This document shows, piece by piece, positions 34,795 to 44,999 of a stretch of 64,000 nt of DNA. A program made the translations under genes and the position numbers. Within the stretch, counting starts at the first letter, position 1, and each line of letters begins with the position of its first letter. The DNA lies in the NCBI GenBank assembly GCA_016191395.1, contig JACPOS010000003.1, positions 107,100 to 171,099 of the forward strand, read 5' to 3'. A model generated the notes under the pieces. It saw only the letters and a list, made by a program, of their open reading frames with translations, was not told the DNA's origin and made no database searches. Source of the DNA: Chloroflexota bacterium (lineage in GTDB: Bacteria; Chloroflexota; Limnocylindria; Limnocylindrales; CSP1-4).

Positions 34795-35400
34795 GTGGAC
34801 GAGGCACTCGCCCGGCTCGACATACGTGTCCCGGATTCCGCGCTTGCGCGGCAGGCACGCGAGCGGATCGGGGACGTCGCCGCGCCGTTCCTCGTGAACC
34901 ACTCGGTCCGGGTCCACGCCTGGGCGGTCGAGCTGGCACGGCACGACCGCCTCCAATTCGATCCCGAGATCCTGTATGTGTCCGCGATGCTCCATGACAT
35001 AGGCCTGGTTCCGGCCTACGACCTTGGCGGCTGCTACGAGGTCGACGGCGCGATCGCCGCGGAGCGGCTCGCGGGCGAGGCCGGGGAGCCGAAGGCGCGT
35101 GCTCGAGCGATCTACGACGCGATCGCGCTGCACGATGACGACACCCTGCCGCCCGAGGCCGCGTCCGAGGTCGTCCTGCTCTGGGATTCGGCCGGCACCG
35201 ACGTGACCGGCCACCGCTTGGCCGACGTTCGACCGGCGATCGTTCCCGGATTGCTCGCCGCATATCCACGGGTTGATTTCAAGCGGGAGTTCACCGCCCT
35301 GCTCATCGACCAGGCGTCGCGCAAGCCGACCTGCCCGGCCGCGGTGATGATCGCCGAGGGCATCCTCGAGGAGATCGCGCAGGCGCCATTCGATGGCTAG
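34795..35400 (+). CDS. HD-domain metal-dependent phosphohydrolase
   Basis: 201-aa ORF with H..(VRVH) and MLHDIGL HD motifs. Confidence 0.75.
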   Translation: MDEALARLDIRVPDSALARQARERIGDVAAPFLVNHSVRVHAWAVELARHDRLQFDPEILYVSAMLHDIGLVPAYDLGGCYEVDGAIAAERLAGEAGEPKARARAIYDAIALHDDDTLPPEAASEVVLLWDSAGTDVTGHRLADVRPAIVPGLLAAYPRVDFKREFTALLIDQASRKPTCPAAVMIAEGILEEIAQAPFDG

Positions 35401-36176
35401 CCGCGGCGTGCGCCGCGCAATCCGAGGACGTAGTACTGCATCCCCGATCGGGCATCGAACGGGCGGCCGTCCTCGCCGAACTTGTGCTCGATCTCGAAGC
35501 CGTTGTACCAGAGGAGCGCATCGAGCTCCTGTGGGAAGTAGATGCGCATCGTCAGCGTCCCGTCCGGCTGGTTCGGGACGTCGCCCACCCGCCTGAACAG
35601 CCGGTGATGCTTGATCTGCGTGGCGGCGTCGTACCAGGAGCGGTGGGTCATCGAGACATGTTCACCCGAAGCGGGGTCCGTGTAGCCACCGAAATCCTGC
35701 TCCTCCTCCGGCGGCCGCATCAGCAGCGCCATGCTGGGAACGAAGACGTTGAGCGCGAAACGACCTTCGGGATGGAGATGGCGCGCGACCGCCGCGAGGC
35801 ACGCCTCCAGGTCTTCGCGGGTCAGCAGGTGGCAGATGGAATTGGAGGGCAGCAGGATCAGCCTGAAGCGGCGGTTCAGATCGAAGGCGCGCACATCGCC
35901 CCGCACCCACGTGATGTCAACCCCGGCGGCTTCGCTCTTGCGCGCAGCCTCGAGCAGCATCGGCTCCGCCAGCTCCACGCCGGTCACATCGTGGCCCGCC
36001 CGGGCCAACGGGATCGCGATGAAGCCGGTGCCGGACATGAGCTCCAGGACCGGGTCGCCACACGCCTGGGCCAGCTCCAGCCAGAAGGCCGTCCCCGCGG
36101 AGCTCCCCGGGTACAGGAGGTCGTAGACCCTGCCGCTGCGATAGATCGAGGAGACGACACCGGTGGAGTCGCTCAT
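35397..36176 (-). CDS. Class I SAM-dependent methyltransferase
   Basis: ATG (MSDSTGVV) at codon 16 of track ORF 35397..36221. VLELMSGTGFIAIPLARAGHDVTGVELAE motif. Its stop shares the palindrome CTAG with the convergent HD gene's stop. Confidence 0.8.
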   Translation of the reverse strand: MSDSTGVVSSIYRSGRVYDLLYPGSSAGTAFWLELAQACGDPVLELMSGTGFIAIPLARAGHDVTGVELAEPMLLEAARKSEAAGVDITWVRGDVRAFDLNRRFRLILLPSNSICHLLTREDLEACLAAVARHLHPEGRFALNVFVPSMALLMRPPEEEQDFGGYTDPASGEHVSMTHRSWYDAATQIKHHRLFRRVGDVPNQPDGTLTMRIYFPQELDALLWYNGFEIEHKFGEDGRPFDARSGMQYYVLGLRGARRG

Positions 36177-36258
36177 TCGTAGCCGACCTCGTCTTCCAGG
36201 ACCTGGACCCGCCACCGCCACGAGCCTAGCGGCCCACGCTTCCGGCTAGGATCATCCC

Positions 36259-37770
36259 GTGCCATCCCGCCGCGTTCCGGGCGCTCGCCCGGAAGCCCTG
36301 TTCCAGCCACCACCGGAGCGGCAGCCACTCGCAGCGCGGATGCGACCGCGGACGTTCGAGGAGTTCGTGGGCCAGGGGCACCTGGTCGGCGACCAAGGTC
36401 CCCTCCGGCGGTCCGTCTCGCGTGGGCACCTCACGTCGCTGCTGCTCTGGGGTCCGCCCGGGACGGGCAAGACCACCTTGGCGCGCATCCTTGCCGAAGC
36501 CATCGGGGCGGAGTTCATGACGATCTCCGCCGTCATGTCCGGGGTCGCCGAGGTGCGCGCCGCGCTGGCGGCTGCCCAGGAGCTCCTGACCCTGAACGGC
36601 AAGCGCACCGTCCTGTTCATCGACGAGATCCATCGGTTCAACAAGGCCCAGCAGGACGCGCTCCTCCCCCACGTCGAAGACGGGACCGTCACGCTTATCG
36701 GCGCGACGACCGAGAACCCCTACTTCGAGGTCAACTCGGCGCTGCTGTCGCGGCTTCGTGTCTGGCGCCTGGAACCCCTGACGGACGAGGACATCGGCCG
36801 CGTCGTTCGGCGCGGTATCGAGGACCCCGAGCGCGGTCTCGCGGGCTCCCTCGGACCCGAGGGCGGCGTCGCACTTGCCGACGAACCCTTCGAGCACCTC
36901 GTGTCCATCTCGGGCGGGGATGCGCGCGTGGCACTCAACGTCCTGGAGGGCGCGGTCGCACTTGCGGAGGACAACGGCGAGCGCGACGAGGCGGGTCGGG
37001 TCGCGCCCACGCTCGCCGACATCGAGTCCGCGGCACAGCAGCGGATCCTCGCCTACGACCGGGCGGGCGACGGCCACTACGACACCGTGTCGGCGTTCAT
37101 CAAGAGCCTGCGCGGCAACGACGCGGACGCCGCCCTGTACTGGCTCGCCGCGATGATCGCGGCCGGCGAGGATCCCAAGTTCATCGCCCGCCGGCTGATC
37201 ATCTCGGCCTCCGAGGACGTCGGCAACGCCGACCCGCGCGCGCTGTCGGTCGCCGTCGCCGCCGCGGACGCGCTCGAGTGGATCGGGCTGCCGGAGGCGC
37301 AGTACGCGCTGGCCCAGGCCACGACGTACATCGCCACCGCCCCCAAGTCGAACCGGTCGGGAGCCGCGTACTTTGCCGCGGCCGGCGACGTGGAGACGAG
37401 CGGCTCGCTCCCGGTGCCGCTGCACCTCCGGACGGCGGCGAACCCTCGGCTCAAGCACCACGGGATCGGCGTCGGGTACCGCTACCCGCACGACTTCGAG
37501 GGCGCGGATGTGGACCAGCGCTACCTGCCGGAGGAGCTCGACGGCCGGCGCTACTACCTGCCGACGGACCAGGGCTACGAGTCCACGATCGCCGAGCGCA
37601 TGGCCCGCCGGGCCGCGGCACGGACGACGGCGCGCGAGACGGGTCGAACGCCCCGCAATCCGATCCCCGGCCCCGAATCGAAGGGCGGGATGGGCGGCGG
37701 GATCCTCAAGCGGCGCGAGGAAAGCCGGAAGAAGCTCGCGGAGACCGAGAAGCGCGACGCGAGAGACTGA
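36259..37770 (+). CDS. rarA: Replication-associated recombination protein A (AAA+ ATPase)
   Basis: 503-aa ORF with [23 protein letters not shown] and the MgsA C-terminal domain (YDTVSAFIKSLRGNDADAALYWLA). Confidence 0.95.
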   Translation: MPSRRVPGARPEALFQPPPERQPLAARMRPRTFEEFVGQGHLVGDQGPLRRSVSRGHLTSLLLWGPPGTGKTTLARILAEAIGAEFMTISAVMSGVAEVRAALAAAQELLTLNGKRTVLFIDEIHRFNKAQQDALLPHVEDGTVTLIGATTENPYFEVNSALLSRLRVWRLEPLTDEDIGRVVRRGIEDPERGLAGSLGPEGGVALADEPFEHLVSISGGDARVALNVLEGAVALAEDNGERDEAGRVAPTLADIESAAQQRILAYDRAGDGHYDTVSAFIKSLRGNDADAALYWLAAMIAAGEDPKFIARRLIISASEDVGNADPRALSVAVAAADALEWIGLPEAQYALAQATTYIATAPKSNRSGAAYFAAAGDVETSGSLPVPLHLRTAANPRLKHHGIGVGYRYPHDFEGADVDQRYLPEELDGRRYYLPTDQGYESTIAERMARRAAARTTARETGRTPRNPIPGPESKGGMGGGILKRREESRKKLAETEKRDARD

Positions 37771-37783
37771 GCGTCGCGCTCAG
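37767..37783. terminator. Hairpin CTGAGCG-TCG-CGCTCAG spanning both convergent stop codons
   Basis: A 7-bp perfect stem read directly. It contains the TGA of rarA and the TGA (minus strand) of the surface-protein gene. No U-tract, so terminator function is uncertain. Confidence 0.35.
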
Positions 37784-38835
37784 GGCGGCCCATCGGGGTC
37801 GAACGGCTCGCCCCGCTGCGCGGCGAGCCACCTCGGGACGTACACGGCGGCACCAAAGCCGACCAGCAGCACGAACACGACGATCACGAGCAGCACCGGG
37901 AGCGAGATGCCGCCGCCACCCGTCGGCGCCGGGGACGCCGTCGCGGTCGGCGTCGGGGTCGGCTTGCCTGACGGCGCGAGCGACGATGCCGCGGAGGGGC
38001 TCGGCGAGACCGACGGAGACGGCTGGCTCGATGGCGAAGGCTCGGGGCTCGCGGTCGGCTCCGGGGTCGCGGTTGGCTCGGGGGTCGGGGTCGTGACAGG
38101 CGTGGGCGTCGGGACCGGCGGGACCGCGGTCACCGTGAGTGAGACCAGGCGGATGGGGCTGAAGCTCAGTCCGTCGGACGCCTTGTACGAGAAGGCGTCG
38201 AGCCCGGTATAGCCGGTCGTCGGCGTGTAGCTGAACGAGCCGTCGGCGGCGAGGACCACCACGCCGTGCGCCGCGTTCGTCACCTTGACCGCGGTGAGCG
38301 GGTCGCCGTCGACATCGCTGTCGTTGATGAGGACGCCGGGAACGCCGACGAAGAGCGTCCGGTCCTTGAGCACGATGAAGCTGTCCGCGGCGGCCGTTGG
38401 TGCGTCGTTGACCGGTGCGACGGTGATCGTCACCTTTGCAGCCCGGCCGTCTGCCGGCCCGGAGCATTGCTGGTCGCCTGCCACCCGGATGGAGTAGGCG
38501 AACGAGGTCTGGCCGTTGAAGTTCGACGACGGCGTGTAGGTGAACGATCCGTCCCGATTCATCGTGACGGCACCCGCGAGACCCGCATCGTTCACGCTCG
38601 CTACGCAGGTATCCGGGCCCGGGTTGTCGTTCGCGAGGACGCCGGGCGCGGTTACGTTCAGCACCATGTCCTCGGTAGCGAGGTAGGTGTCATCGGCGGC
38701 TACGGTCGGCGGGCTGGTCGGAGGGTCCGTCGGCGGGTCCGTGGCAGCCATGGCGAGTCGCGCAGATCCGGGCCCAAGCAGGAGGGCCACCGCGAGGACG
38801 ATGCCGCGCCGCATGACCAGCCCTACCACCAACAC
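37780..38835 (-). CDS. Cell-surface protein with two cadherin-like/Ig-like repeats, Pro/Thr/Ser linker and C-terminal TM anchor
   Basis: 351-aa ORF. Signal peptide; two repeats with GVLANDN.../PVNDAP/GVLINDSDVDGDPL and DGSF(T/S)YTP motifs; a PT-rich linker (nt 37918-38124); a C-terminal hydrophobic helix plus a basic tail. Confidence 0.75.
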   Translation of the reverse strand: MLVVGLVMRRGIVLAVALLLGPGSARLAMAATDPPTDPPTSPPTVAADDTYLATEDMVLNVTAPGVLANDNPGPDTCVASVNDAGLAGAVTMNRDGSFTYTPSSNFNGQTSFAYSIRVAGDQQCSGPADGRAAKVTITVAPVNDAPTAAADSFIVLKDRTLFVGVPGVLINDSDVDGDPLTAVKVTNAAHGVVVLAADGSFSYTPTTGYTGLDAFSYKASDGLSFSPIRLVSLTVTAVPPVPTPTPVTTPTPEPTATPEPTASPEPSPSSQPSPSVSPSPSAASSLAPSGKPTPTPTATASPAPTGGGGISLPVLLVIVVFVLLVGFGAAVYVPRWLAAQRGEPFDPDGPP

Positions 38836-39004
38836 CCCCAGCTCGATCGGCCAACGGTTACCGGTCCGGGAGCATATCGACGCGACGGGACGGCCGTCGA
38901 GATGACGAAAGGCCGGGTCGTCTCGCCATTCGCACCGGAGTCACGTTGTGCTTCGTGGCGCCGCCGGCGCGGGCGTGCGACCATCCACGCGTCGCCCAAG
39001 CACC

Positions 39005-40183
39005 GTGGAGGCCGCCCCGTTGACTCGCTCGGAGCCAAACCTGCGCATCCCCGGCCCCACCACGCTCCCTCCGAGCGTTCGCGAGGCCGGCGGGCGCCAG
39101 ATGATCAACCACCGCGGTTCCGAGTTCAAGGAGCTGCTCGGCCGGCTGCAGGTCGGGATGAAGCCGTATTTCGGCACGACGAGCGACATCGCGATCCTGT
39201 CCTGCGCGGGCACCGGCGGCCTCGAGGCGGCGATCGTCAACACGCTGTCGCCGGGTGACAGGGTCCTCGCGGTGTCCATCGGCGCGTTCGGCGACCGGTT
39301 CGCCAAGATCGCCGAGGCGTACGGCGCGAACGTGGAGCGAATGTCGGCCGAGTGGGGCTGGGCCGCGGCGCCGGACGAGGTTCGCGAACGGCTCTCGGGC
39401 GGTGACGTACAGGCGGTCCTCCTGACCCACAACGAGACGTCCACGGGGGTGATGAACCCGATCCCGGAGATCGCGGCGGCGATTCGTGCGACCGCGCCCG
39501 ACGCGCTCATCCTGGTGGATACGGTGTCGTCGCTCGGCGCCGTGCCGTTCGACATGGACGGCTGGGGCATCGACGTCGTCGCCACCGCGTCGCAGAAGGC
39601 GTGGATGGCCGCACCGGGCCTGGCGATGGTCGCCGCGTCGGCGCGCGGGTGGGCGGCGATGGAGACCGCGAAGATGCCGCGCTTCTATCTCGACCTGCGC
39701 CGGCATCGAAACGCGATGGTGGACGGCGAGACGCCGTGGACACCGGCGATCGCGGTGGCCTTCCAGGTCGACGAGGGCCTTCGGCTGATGAACGAGGAGG
39801 GCCAGGCCGGCGTGTTCGCGCGGCACGTCGCATGCGCCGCGGCGACGCAGGCGGGACTCCAGGCGCTCGGCTTCGACCTGTACGCCGACGCAAGCCATCG
39901 ATCCAGGACCGTGACCGCCGCGCACATCCCGGAGGGCCTCGACTGGAAGGCGTTCAACGCCGATCTGAAGCGAGAGGGCCTCGTCGTGGCCGGCGGACAG
40001 GCACGCCTTGCGGGCAAGGTCTTCCGCGTCGGCCACCTGGGCTCCGTGTCGGTGGACGAGATCGTCGATGCGATCGAGACCCTCGAGGCAGTCTCCATGA
40101 AACGGGGGCGCCCGGTTGAACCTGGAGCGGCAGGGTCCGCTGCGAGGCGGGCGGCGGCGGAGGCCGCGCTCCAGCCCGCTTGA
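39005..40183 (+). CDS. Class-V pyridoxal-phosphate aminotransferase (serine-glyoxylate / phosphoserine aminotransferase type)
   Basis: Track ORF 38948..40183. The start is uncertain (GTG 39005 or TTG 39020). INHRGSEF, HNETSTG and TASQKA (PLP lysine) motifs. Lies immediately upstream of serA. Confidence 0.8.
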   Translation: MEAAPLTRSEPNLRIPGPTTLPPSVREAGGRQMINHRGSEFKELLGRLQVGMKPYFGTTSDIAILSCAGTGGLEAAIVNTLSPGDRVLAVSIGAFGDRFAKIAEAYGANVERMSAEWGWAAAPDEVRERLSGGDVQAVLLTHNETSTGVMNPIPEIAAAIRATAPDALILVDTVSSLGAVPFDMDGWGIDVVATASQKAWMAAPGLAMVAASARGWAAMETAKMPRFYLDLRRHRNAMVDGETPWTPAIAVAFQVDEGLRLMNEEGQAGVFARHVACAAATQAGLQALGFDLYADASHRSRTVTAAHIPEGLDWKAFNADLKREGLVVAGGQARLAGKVFRVGHLGSVSVDEIVDAIETLEAVSMKRGRPVEPGAAGSAARRAAAEAALQPA

Positions 40184-41787
40184 CCGACACGCCCGGGGCG
40201 CCGATGCGGATCCTCGTCGCCGAGACGATCGCGGCGGAGGGCATTGCGGCACTCCGCGAGCACCACGAGGTCGATGTCCGGACCGGCCTGTCGGCGGAGG
40301 ACCTGCGCTCGATCGTCGGCGCGTACGACGCGCTCGTCGTCCGCAGCCAGGTCGCGGTCGATGCGGCGCTGATCGGCGCGGGCTCGCGGCTCCAGGTGAT
40401 CGGCCGCGCAGGAGTCGGCGTCGACAACGTGGATCTGGACGCCGCCACGCGGGCGGGCATCACGGTCGTCAACGCGCCGACCGGGAACACCATCGCCGCC
40501 GCGGAGCACACGATCGCGCTCCTGCTCGCGCTGGCGCGGCATGTCGCGGCCGCCGACGCCTCGGTCCGCCGAGGCGAATGGACGCGCGGGCCGCTCCAGG
40601 GCGTCCAGCTGCGCGGCCGGACGCTGGGCATCGTGGGGCTCGGGAAGATCGGGATGGCCGTGGCCGAGCGGGCCCGCGGCCTCGGCATGACGCTGGTCGG
40701 GAGCGACCCGTATGTCACCGCGGAGCAGGCGGCTCTCCGCGGCGTGGAGCTCGTGTCGTTCGACGCCCTCCTGGAGCGGGCCGACGCCATCACGGTGCAC
40801 GTTCCGCTGACGCGCTCCACCACCGCCCTGCTGGACGCGGGGGCGCTGGCGCGTGTGAAGCCCGGCGCGTTCGTGCTCAACGTCGCACGTGGTGGGATCG
40901 TGGACGAGGCCGCGCTGGCCGCGGCGCTGCGCGAGGGCAGGCTGGGCGGCGCCGGGATCGACGTCTTCGAGCACGAGCCACCGACGGGCTCGCCGCTCCT
41001 CGACGCGCCGAACACGGTCCTCACGCCGCACCTCGGTGCGTCCACCGCGGAGGCGCAGGTGGCGGTTGCCGAGGAGATCGCGGAGCAGGTCCTCGACGTG
41101 CTCGAGGGCCGGGCTGCCCGCTACGCGGTCAACGCTCCCCTCCTCTCGGCGGAGGCCGAGCAGACCATCGGCCCGTACCTGCCGCTCGCCGAGACGCTCG
41201 GCCGGTTCCTCGCCCAGTTCGCCCGGTCCGGCGTCGGGACGTTCACCGTTGAGCTGGCGGGCGAGCTCGCCGGGACGGAATCGGCGCCGCTGACCGCCGC
41301 CGCGCTCCGGGGGCTCCTGGAGACCGGGACGACCGAGCGGGTCAACCTCGTCAACGCCGCGATCCTCGCCAAGGCGCGCGGCATCACGGTCGTGGAGCGC
41401 AAGACGACCGATGCCGCGGGCTTCCCCGCCGCGATCACGGTGTCCGGCACCGTTCGGGGCGGTCACGTGACTGTGGGCGGGACGCTGGCCGGCGGCGAGA
41501 TGCGACTCGTGCGCCTGAACGACTACCGGCTGGACATGGCCGCCGAGAGCCTGATGCTGATCACCCGGCATCGCGACCGACCGGGCACCATCGGCCGCAT
41601 CGGCCAGCTGCTGGGCGCCGCAGACGTGAACATCAGCGCGATGCACCTCGCCCGCTCGGCGCCGCGCACCGATGCGCTGATGATCCTGTCCGTGGATGAC
41701 GACGTTCCGCCGTCACTGGAAGCCTCGATCCGCGCCGACGAGGGCGTCCACGACCTGTGGATCATTCGGCTCGGCCCGCACACGTGA
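40180..41787 (+). CDS. serA: D-3-phosphoglycerate dehydrogenase (long form with ACT domain)
   Basis: 535-aa ORF with GIVGLGKIGMAVA and NVARGGIVDE motifs and a C-terminal ACT domain. TTG at 40180 overlaps the upstream stop; ATG at 40204 (MRILVAE) is an alternative start. Confidence 0.92.
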   Translation: MTDTPGAPMRILVAETIAAEGIAALREHHEVDVRTGLSAEDLRSIVGAYDALVVRSQVAVDAALIGAGSRLQVIGRAGVGVDNVDLDAATRAGITVVNAPTGNTIAAAEHTIALLLALARHVAAADASVRRGEWTRGPLQGVQLRGRTLGIVGLGKIGMAVAERARGLGMTLVGSDPYVTAEQAALRGVELVSFDALLERADAITVHVPLTRSTTALLDAGALARVKPGAFVLNVARGGIVDEAALAAALREGRLGGAGIDVFEHEPPTGSPLLDAPNTVLTPHLGASTAEAQVAVAEEIAEQVLDVLEGRAARYAVNAPLLSAEAEQTIGPYLPLAETLGRFLAQFARSGVGTFTVELAGELAGTESAPLTAAALRGLLETGTTERVNLVNAAILAKARGITVVERKTTDAAGFPAAITVSGTVRGGHVTVGGTLAGGEMRLVRLNDYRLDMAAESLMLITRHRDRPGTIGRIGQLLGAADVNISAMHLARSAPRTDALMILSVDDDVPPSLEASIRADEGVHDLWIIRLGPHT

Positions 41788-42617
41788 GCGACGCGCCGGT
41801 CCTCATCCCGCCCGGGCTGAACGCCTCCCTGGCGTTCGTGCGCCACGGCGAGTCGGAGTGGGTCGCGAAGGGGCTCTTCCAGGGCCAGGGCGACTCGCCC
41901 CTTACGGATCTGGGGCGCCGACAGGCACTCCTGACGGCGCGCAGGATCGGGCGACGGGCCCGCCGCCCGATGCTCCCGCTCCCCACCGCCGCCCCACACG
42001 CGATCGTCCACTCCCCGCTCGCCCGCGCGACGGAGACCGCGACCCTCATCGGACGCGCCGTGAGCACGGGCCGCGGCGAGGATGCCGTGCCGGCACCGGT
42101 ACCGCTGCACCCGGAACCCGGCCTGCTCGAGATCGGGCAGGGCGAGTGGGAGGGCCTGCCGGGCACGGAGATCGTGCAGCGCTGGGGCCCTCTGCTGGAG
42201 GATTGGCGCCGCGATCCCCTCGCCGCGTGGGCACCGGGTGGCGAAGCGCTCCCCCAGGTGGATGACCGGGTGCGGGTGGCGCTGCGCGCGCTGCTGGCGG
42301 ACCTCGCAACGATCGCACCGGCCACCGAAGGCCCGCGCTCGCAGGTCCTCGGCTACGCGGACCTCCCGCACGAGGAGCCGTGGTCCATCGTCGTGGGCCA
42401 TGACGGGGTGTTCAAGGTGGCGCTGCTCGCCCTGCTGGACCTGCCGCTGGCCCGCTTCTGGACGCTGCCCTTCGCGCTGTGCGGCATCACCGTGATCGAG
42501 ATCCGCAACGGGCGGCCGCGGCTGCGGCTGCACAACGCGACGGACCACCTCGCCGACCTCCAGACGGCCGACGCGCGTGCACGCGACGACGCGCGGCGCA
42601 GGTCCGGGGCGCTGTAG
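41784..42617 (+). CDS. Histidine phosphatase family protein (phosphoglycerate-mutase-like)
   Basis: GTG at 41784 overlaps the serA stop (GTGA). RHGESEW catalytic motif and a later GHDGV motif. Confidence 0.8.
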   Translation: MSDAPVLIPPGLNASLAFVRHGESEWVAKGLFQGQGDSPLTDLGRRQALLTARRIGRRARRPMLPLPTAAPHAIVHSPLARATETATLIGRAVSTGRGEDAVPAPVPLHPEPGLLEIGQGEWEGLPGTEIVQRWGPLLEDWRRDPLAAWAPGGEALPQVDDRVRVALRALLADLATIAPATEGPRSQVLGYADLPHEEPWSIVVGHDGVFKVALLALLDLPLARFWTLPFALCGITVIEIRNGRPRLRLHNATDHLADLQTADARARDDARRRSGAL

Positions 42618-42626
42618 CCGGAGTCT

Positions 42627-44999
42627 TCAGCCGCGCCTCGGGCGCCGCCGGAACCCGCGTCGCACGATCACTCCGAGCAGCGCAAGGCGGAGCCGCTGGT
42701 ACGCGGCCGCGATGCTCCGGAGGCGATCCGTGCCGAGGTCGCGGTTGCCGTACGCCACCTCCACCTTGGCGCGGGCGATCGTGGTGAGCTCCACACGGGC
42801 GGCGGGCACCGCGTCGCCAAGCGAGCCCGCGTACTCATAGACGGTCTGCGACGGCCGCGGACCCAGCCCGAATCGAGCGGCCAGTCGAGCGACGGAGCCC
42901 CACGCCTGGTCCGGATGCATGGGCTTGCGCGGCGTCCGGCGGAGCGCGGCGATGATCAGGGCGCCGACGCCCACGACGAGGATGATGCCGATGGCGATGA
43001 ACGGCCCGATACCGGTGCCCGGCGTCGTCGTTGTGCCGCCGCCGGCTCCGGCCGTCGCGGAGGGCTTGGCGGTGGGCTTGAACGTGGAGCCCGACCCGGT
43101 GGGCTTGGGCGTGCCCGGGATCGGCGAGCCACTCGGAATCACCTGCGGGTCGCCGATGTTGCCGCCAGTGGGATCGAACTCGATCCAGCCGATCTCGGGG
43201 AAGTACACCTCCACCCAGTAGTGCGCGAGCCACGCCCCGACCTGCTCCACGCCGGTCACTGGATCGCGGTCACCCGGGAGGAAGCCGTAGGCGATACGCG
43301 CCGGGACGCTGGACGCACGCAGGAGGACGACCATGGTGCTCGCGTAGTAGTCGCAGTATCCGACCTTGATGATTGCGAAGCACTCAACCGTGGATACATC
43401 CTTGCAGCGCGCGTTGCGCTCGCTCCGGACGTCCTCCTTGTATTTGAAGTGGTCGTCGCTGTTGAGGTACGCCTGCATCGTGCGCGCGAGGTCGTACGGG
43501 TTGGCCGCGTCCGCGTACGGCGGGACGACCACCTGCGCGCGGATCTCCGTGAGGAGCGCGTCGGCCTTGTCACCGATCGCGCCCTTGGGTAGCTGGAGGT
43601 AGAGGTCCCTGATCTCCTGCGGATAGTCCGTGCCCGCCGCTCGCAGGACGGGCTCCGTGATCCCGCCCTCCTTCACGGGGATCAGGGCGGTCACCCTGTA
43701 GGCCCTCAGCGAGTCGTTCGACTCCACGGTCGTGAACCAGCCATCGGTGCCGAGCACCCGCGTGTTCGCGGACCGGTCAACCGAGACGATCATGTTCGGC
43801 GAGAGCACGGTCGGACCGGTGAACGCGTCCGGCCGGACTTCGAACGTCAGCGGGCGTCGGAGCGTGTCGGTGGCCTTGTCGCCGTTCACGTCGCCGGCGA
43901 GCAGTGGAGCGTCGGCGGTGGTGGATTCGGTACGGGTGGGGCCCCAGTTCCAGCCGAAGGTCGTGTATTCCGAGAACGTGCCCGCCCGCCACTTGAACTT
44001 CTGCTTCTCGTTCGCCGGGAACTGGGCGCGGAACGCGATCCTGTTGCTGGGCAGCCACTGTCCGGTCGTGACGGCCTTGTCGCCGAAGGTCACCGCGCCA
44101 AGGCCGCGGAAGTCGCCGCCGGGCGGCGCGAAGCGCTGGAGCCATTGCGTCAGCGACTGCACGGATCTCGGGAAGTCCGCCCACAGGCCCTGCAGCGGCG
44201 CCGACGAGGCCGTTGCCGTGAGCAGGATCGCACCAAGCACTGCGCCGGTGACGAACATCGCGCCGCCGGTCAGGTAAAGCTGGCTGACCGCCGCCGGGTC
44301 GCCGATCTTCCGTCTCGCCCACGTGACCTCCTCCTCGAACACGTGCGTCCGGATGAGGAGCAGCAGTGCGGCCGTGCTGAACACGATGAGCAGCACAAGC
44401 TGGCTTTCCTCGCGGCTCGTGAGCGCCATGTTCGTGAGCAGCACCAGGCCGAGGACCACGACCGCGTCGAGGGGCCGACGGTGGCCGAAGACCGTGAACC
44501 CGGTGAGCATCCCGGCGCCCCAGATCAGCGTCCCGAAGACCAGGTGGTAGTGGGCGATCTCGGTGGTGAACGGGCGGCCCTCGACCACGAGGTCTGTCCA
44601 GACGTTGCGCATCAGGTCGAGCGCCGCGGTCATCCGCAGCGCCAGGCTGTGCGGGTCCCACCCCACCGCGTGGCCGATCACGATGCCGCCGACGATCAGC
44701 GGCAGGGCGATGCCCGCGAACAGTGCGCCAACGGCGTGCGTCCGCCAGCGGCCCCAGCCCACCTTCGCGCCGCCGATGCCGAAGGCCAGCCCAACAAGGC
44801 CCACCCACGGAAGGAAGCCCGCGTCGCCCACGCTCCCGGTCCAGCCGGCGTCGAGGAGGGAGGCGGCCACCGCGACGACCATCACCGCGGATGCGATCAG
44901 GCTCAGCCAGCCCTCGACGGGGCGCATCGGAATGCTGGTGACCAGCTCGCCAAGCGTGCGCCCGGTGGAGGTGGAGGCAGGGGCGGCCTGTGCGGTCAC
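42627..44999 (-). CDS. Transglutaminase-domain membrane protein (TgpA-like)
   Basis: Track ORF 42627..45089. GTG at 44999 overlaps the DUF58 stop (GTGA). About six N-terminal TM helices, then the transglutaminase core GYCDYYAS...AHYWVEVYF...DPT, then a C-terminal TM and DUF4129-like tail. Confidence 0.85.
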   Translation of the reverse strand: MTAQAAPASTSTGRTLGELVTSIPMRPVEGWLSLIASAVMVVAVAASLLDAGWTGSVGDAGFLPWVGLVGLAFGIGGAKVGWGRWRTHAVGALFAGIALPLIVGGIVIGHAVGWDPHSLALRMTAALDLMRNVWTDLVVEGRPFTTEIAHYHLVFGTLIWGAGMLTGFTVFGHRRPLDAVVVLGLVLLTNMALTSREESQLVLLIVFSTAALLLLIRTHVFEEEVTWARRKIGDPAAVSQLYLTGGAMFVTGAVLGAILLTATASSAPLQGLWADFPRSVQSLTQWLQRFAPPGGDFRGLGAVTFGDKAVTTGQWLPSNRIAFRAQFPANEKQKFKWRAGTFSEYTTFGWNWGPTRTESTTADAPLLAGDVNGDKATDTLRRPLTFEVRPDAFTGPTVLSPNMIVSVDRSANTRVLGTDGWFTTVESNDSLRAYRVTALIPVKEGGITEPVLRAAGTDYPQEIRDLYLQLPKGAIGDKADALLTEIRAQVVVPPYADAANPYDLARTMQAYLNSDDHFKYKEDVRSERNARCKDVSTVECFAIIKVGYCDYYASTMVVLLRASSVPARIAYGFLPGDRDPVTGVEQVGAWLAHYWVEVYFPEIGWIEFDPTGGNIGDPQVIPSGSPIPGTPKPTGSGSTFKPTAKPSATAGAGGGTTTTPGTGIGPFIAIGIILVVGVGALIIAALRRTPRKPMHPDQAWGSVARLAARFGLGPRPSQTVYEYAGSLGDAVPAARVELTTIARAKVEVAYGNRDLGTDRLRSIAAAYQRLRLALLGVIVRRGFRRRPRRG

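Noticed and set aside
35397-35400. The palindromic CTAG shared by two convergent stop codons (HD protein and methyltransferase).
   Set aside because: It is real but trivial: a 4-nt overlap of convergent TAG stops with no evident regulatory structure around it.
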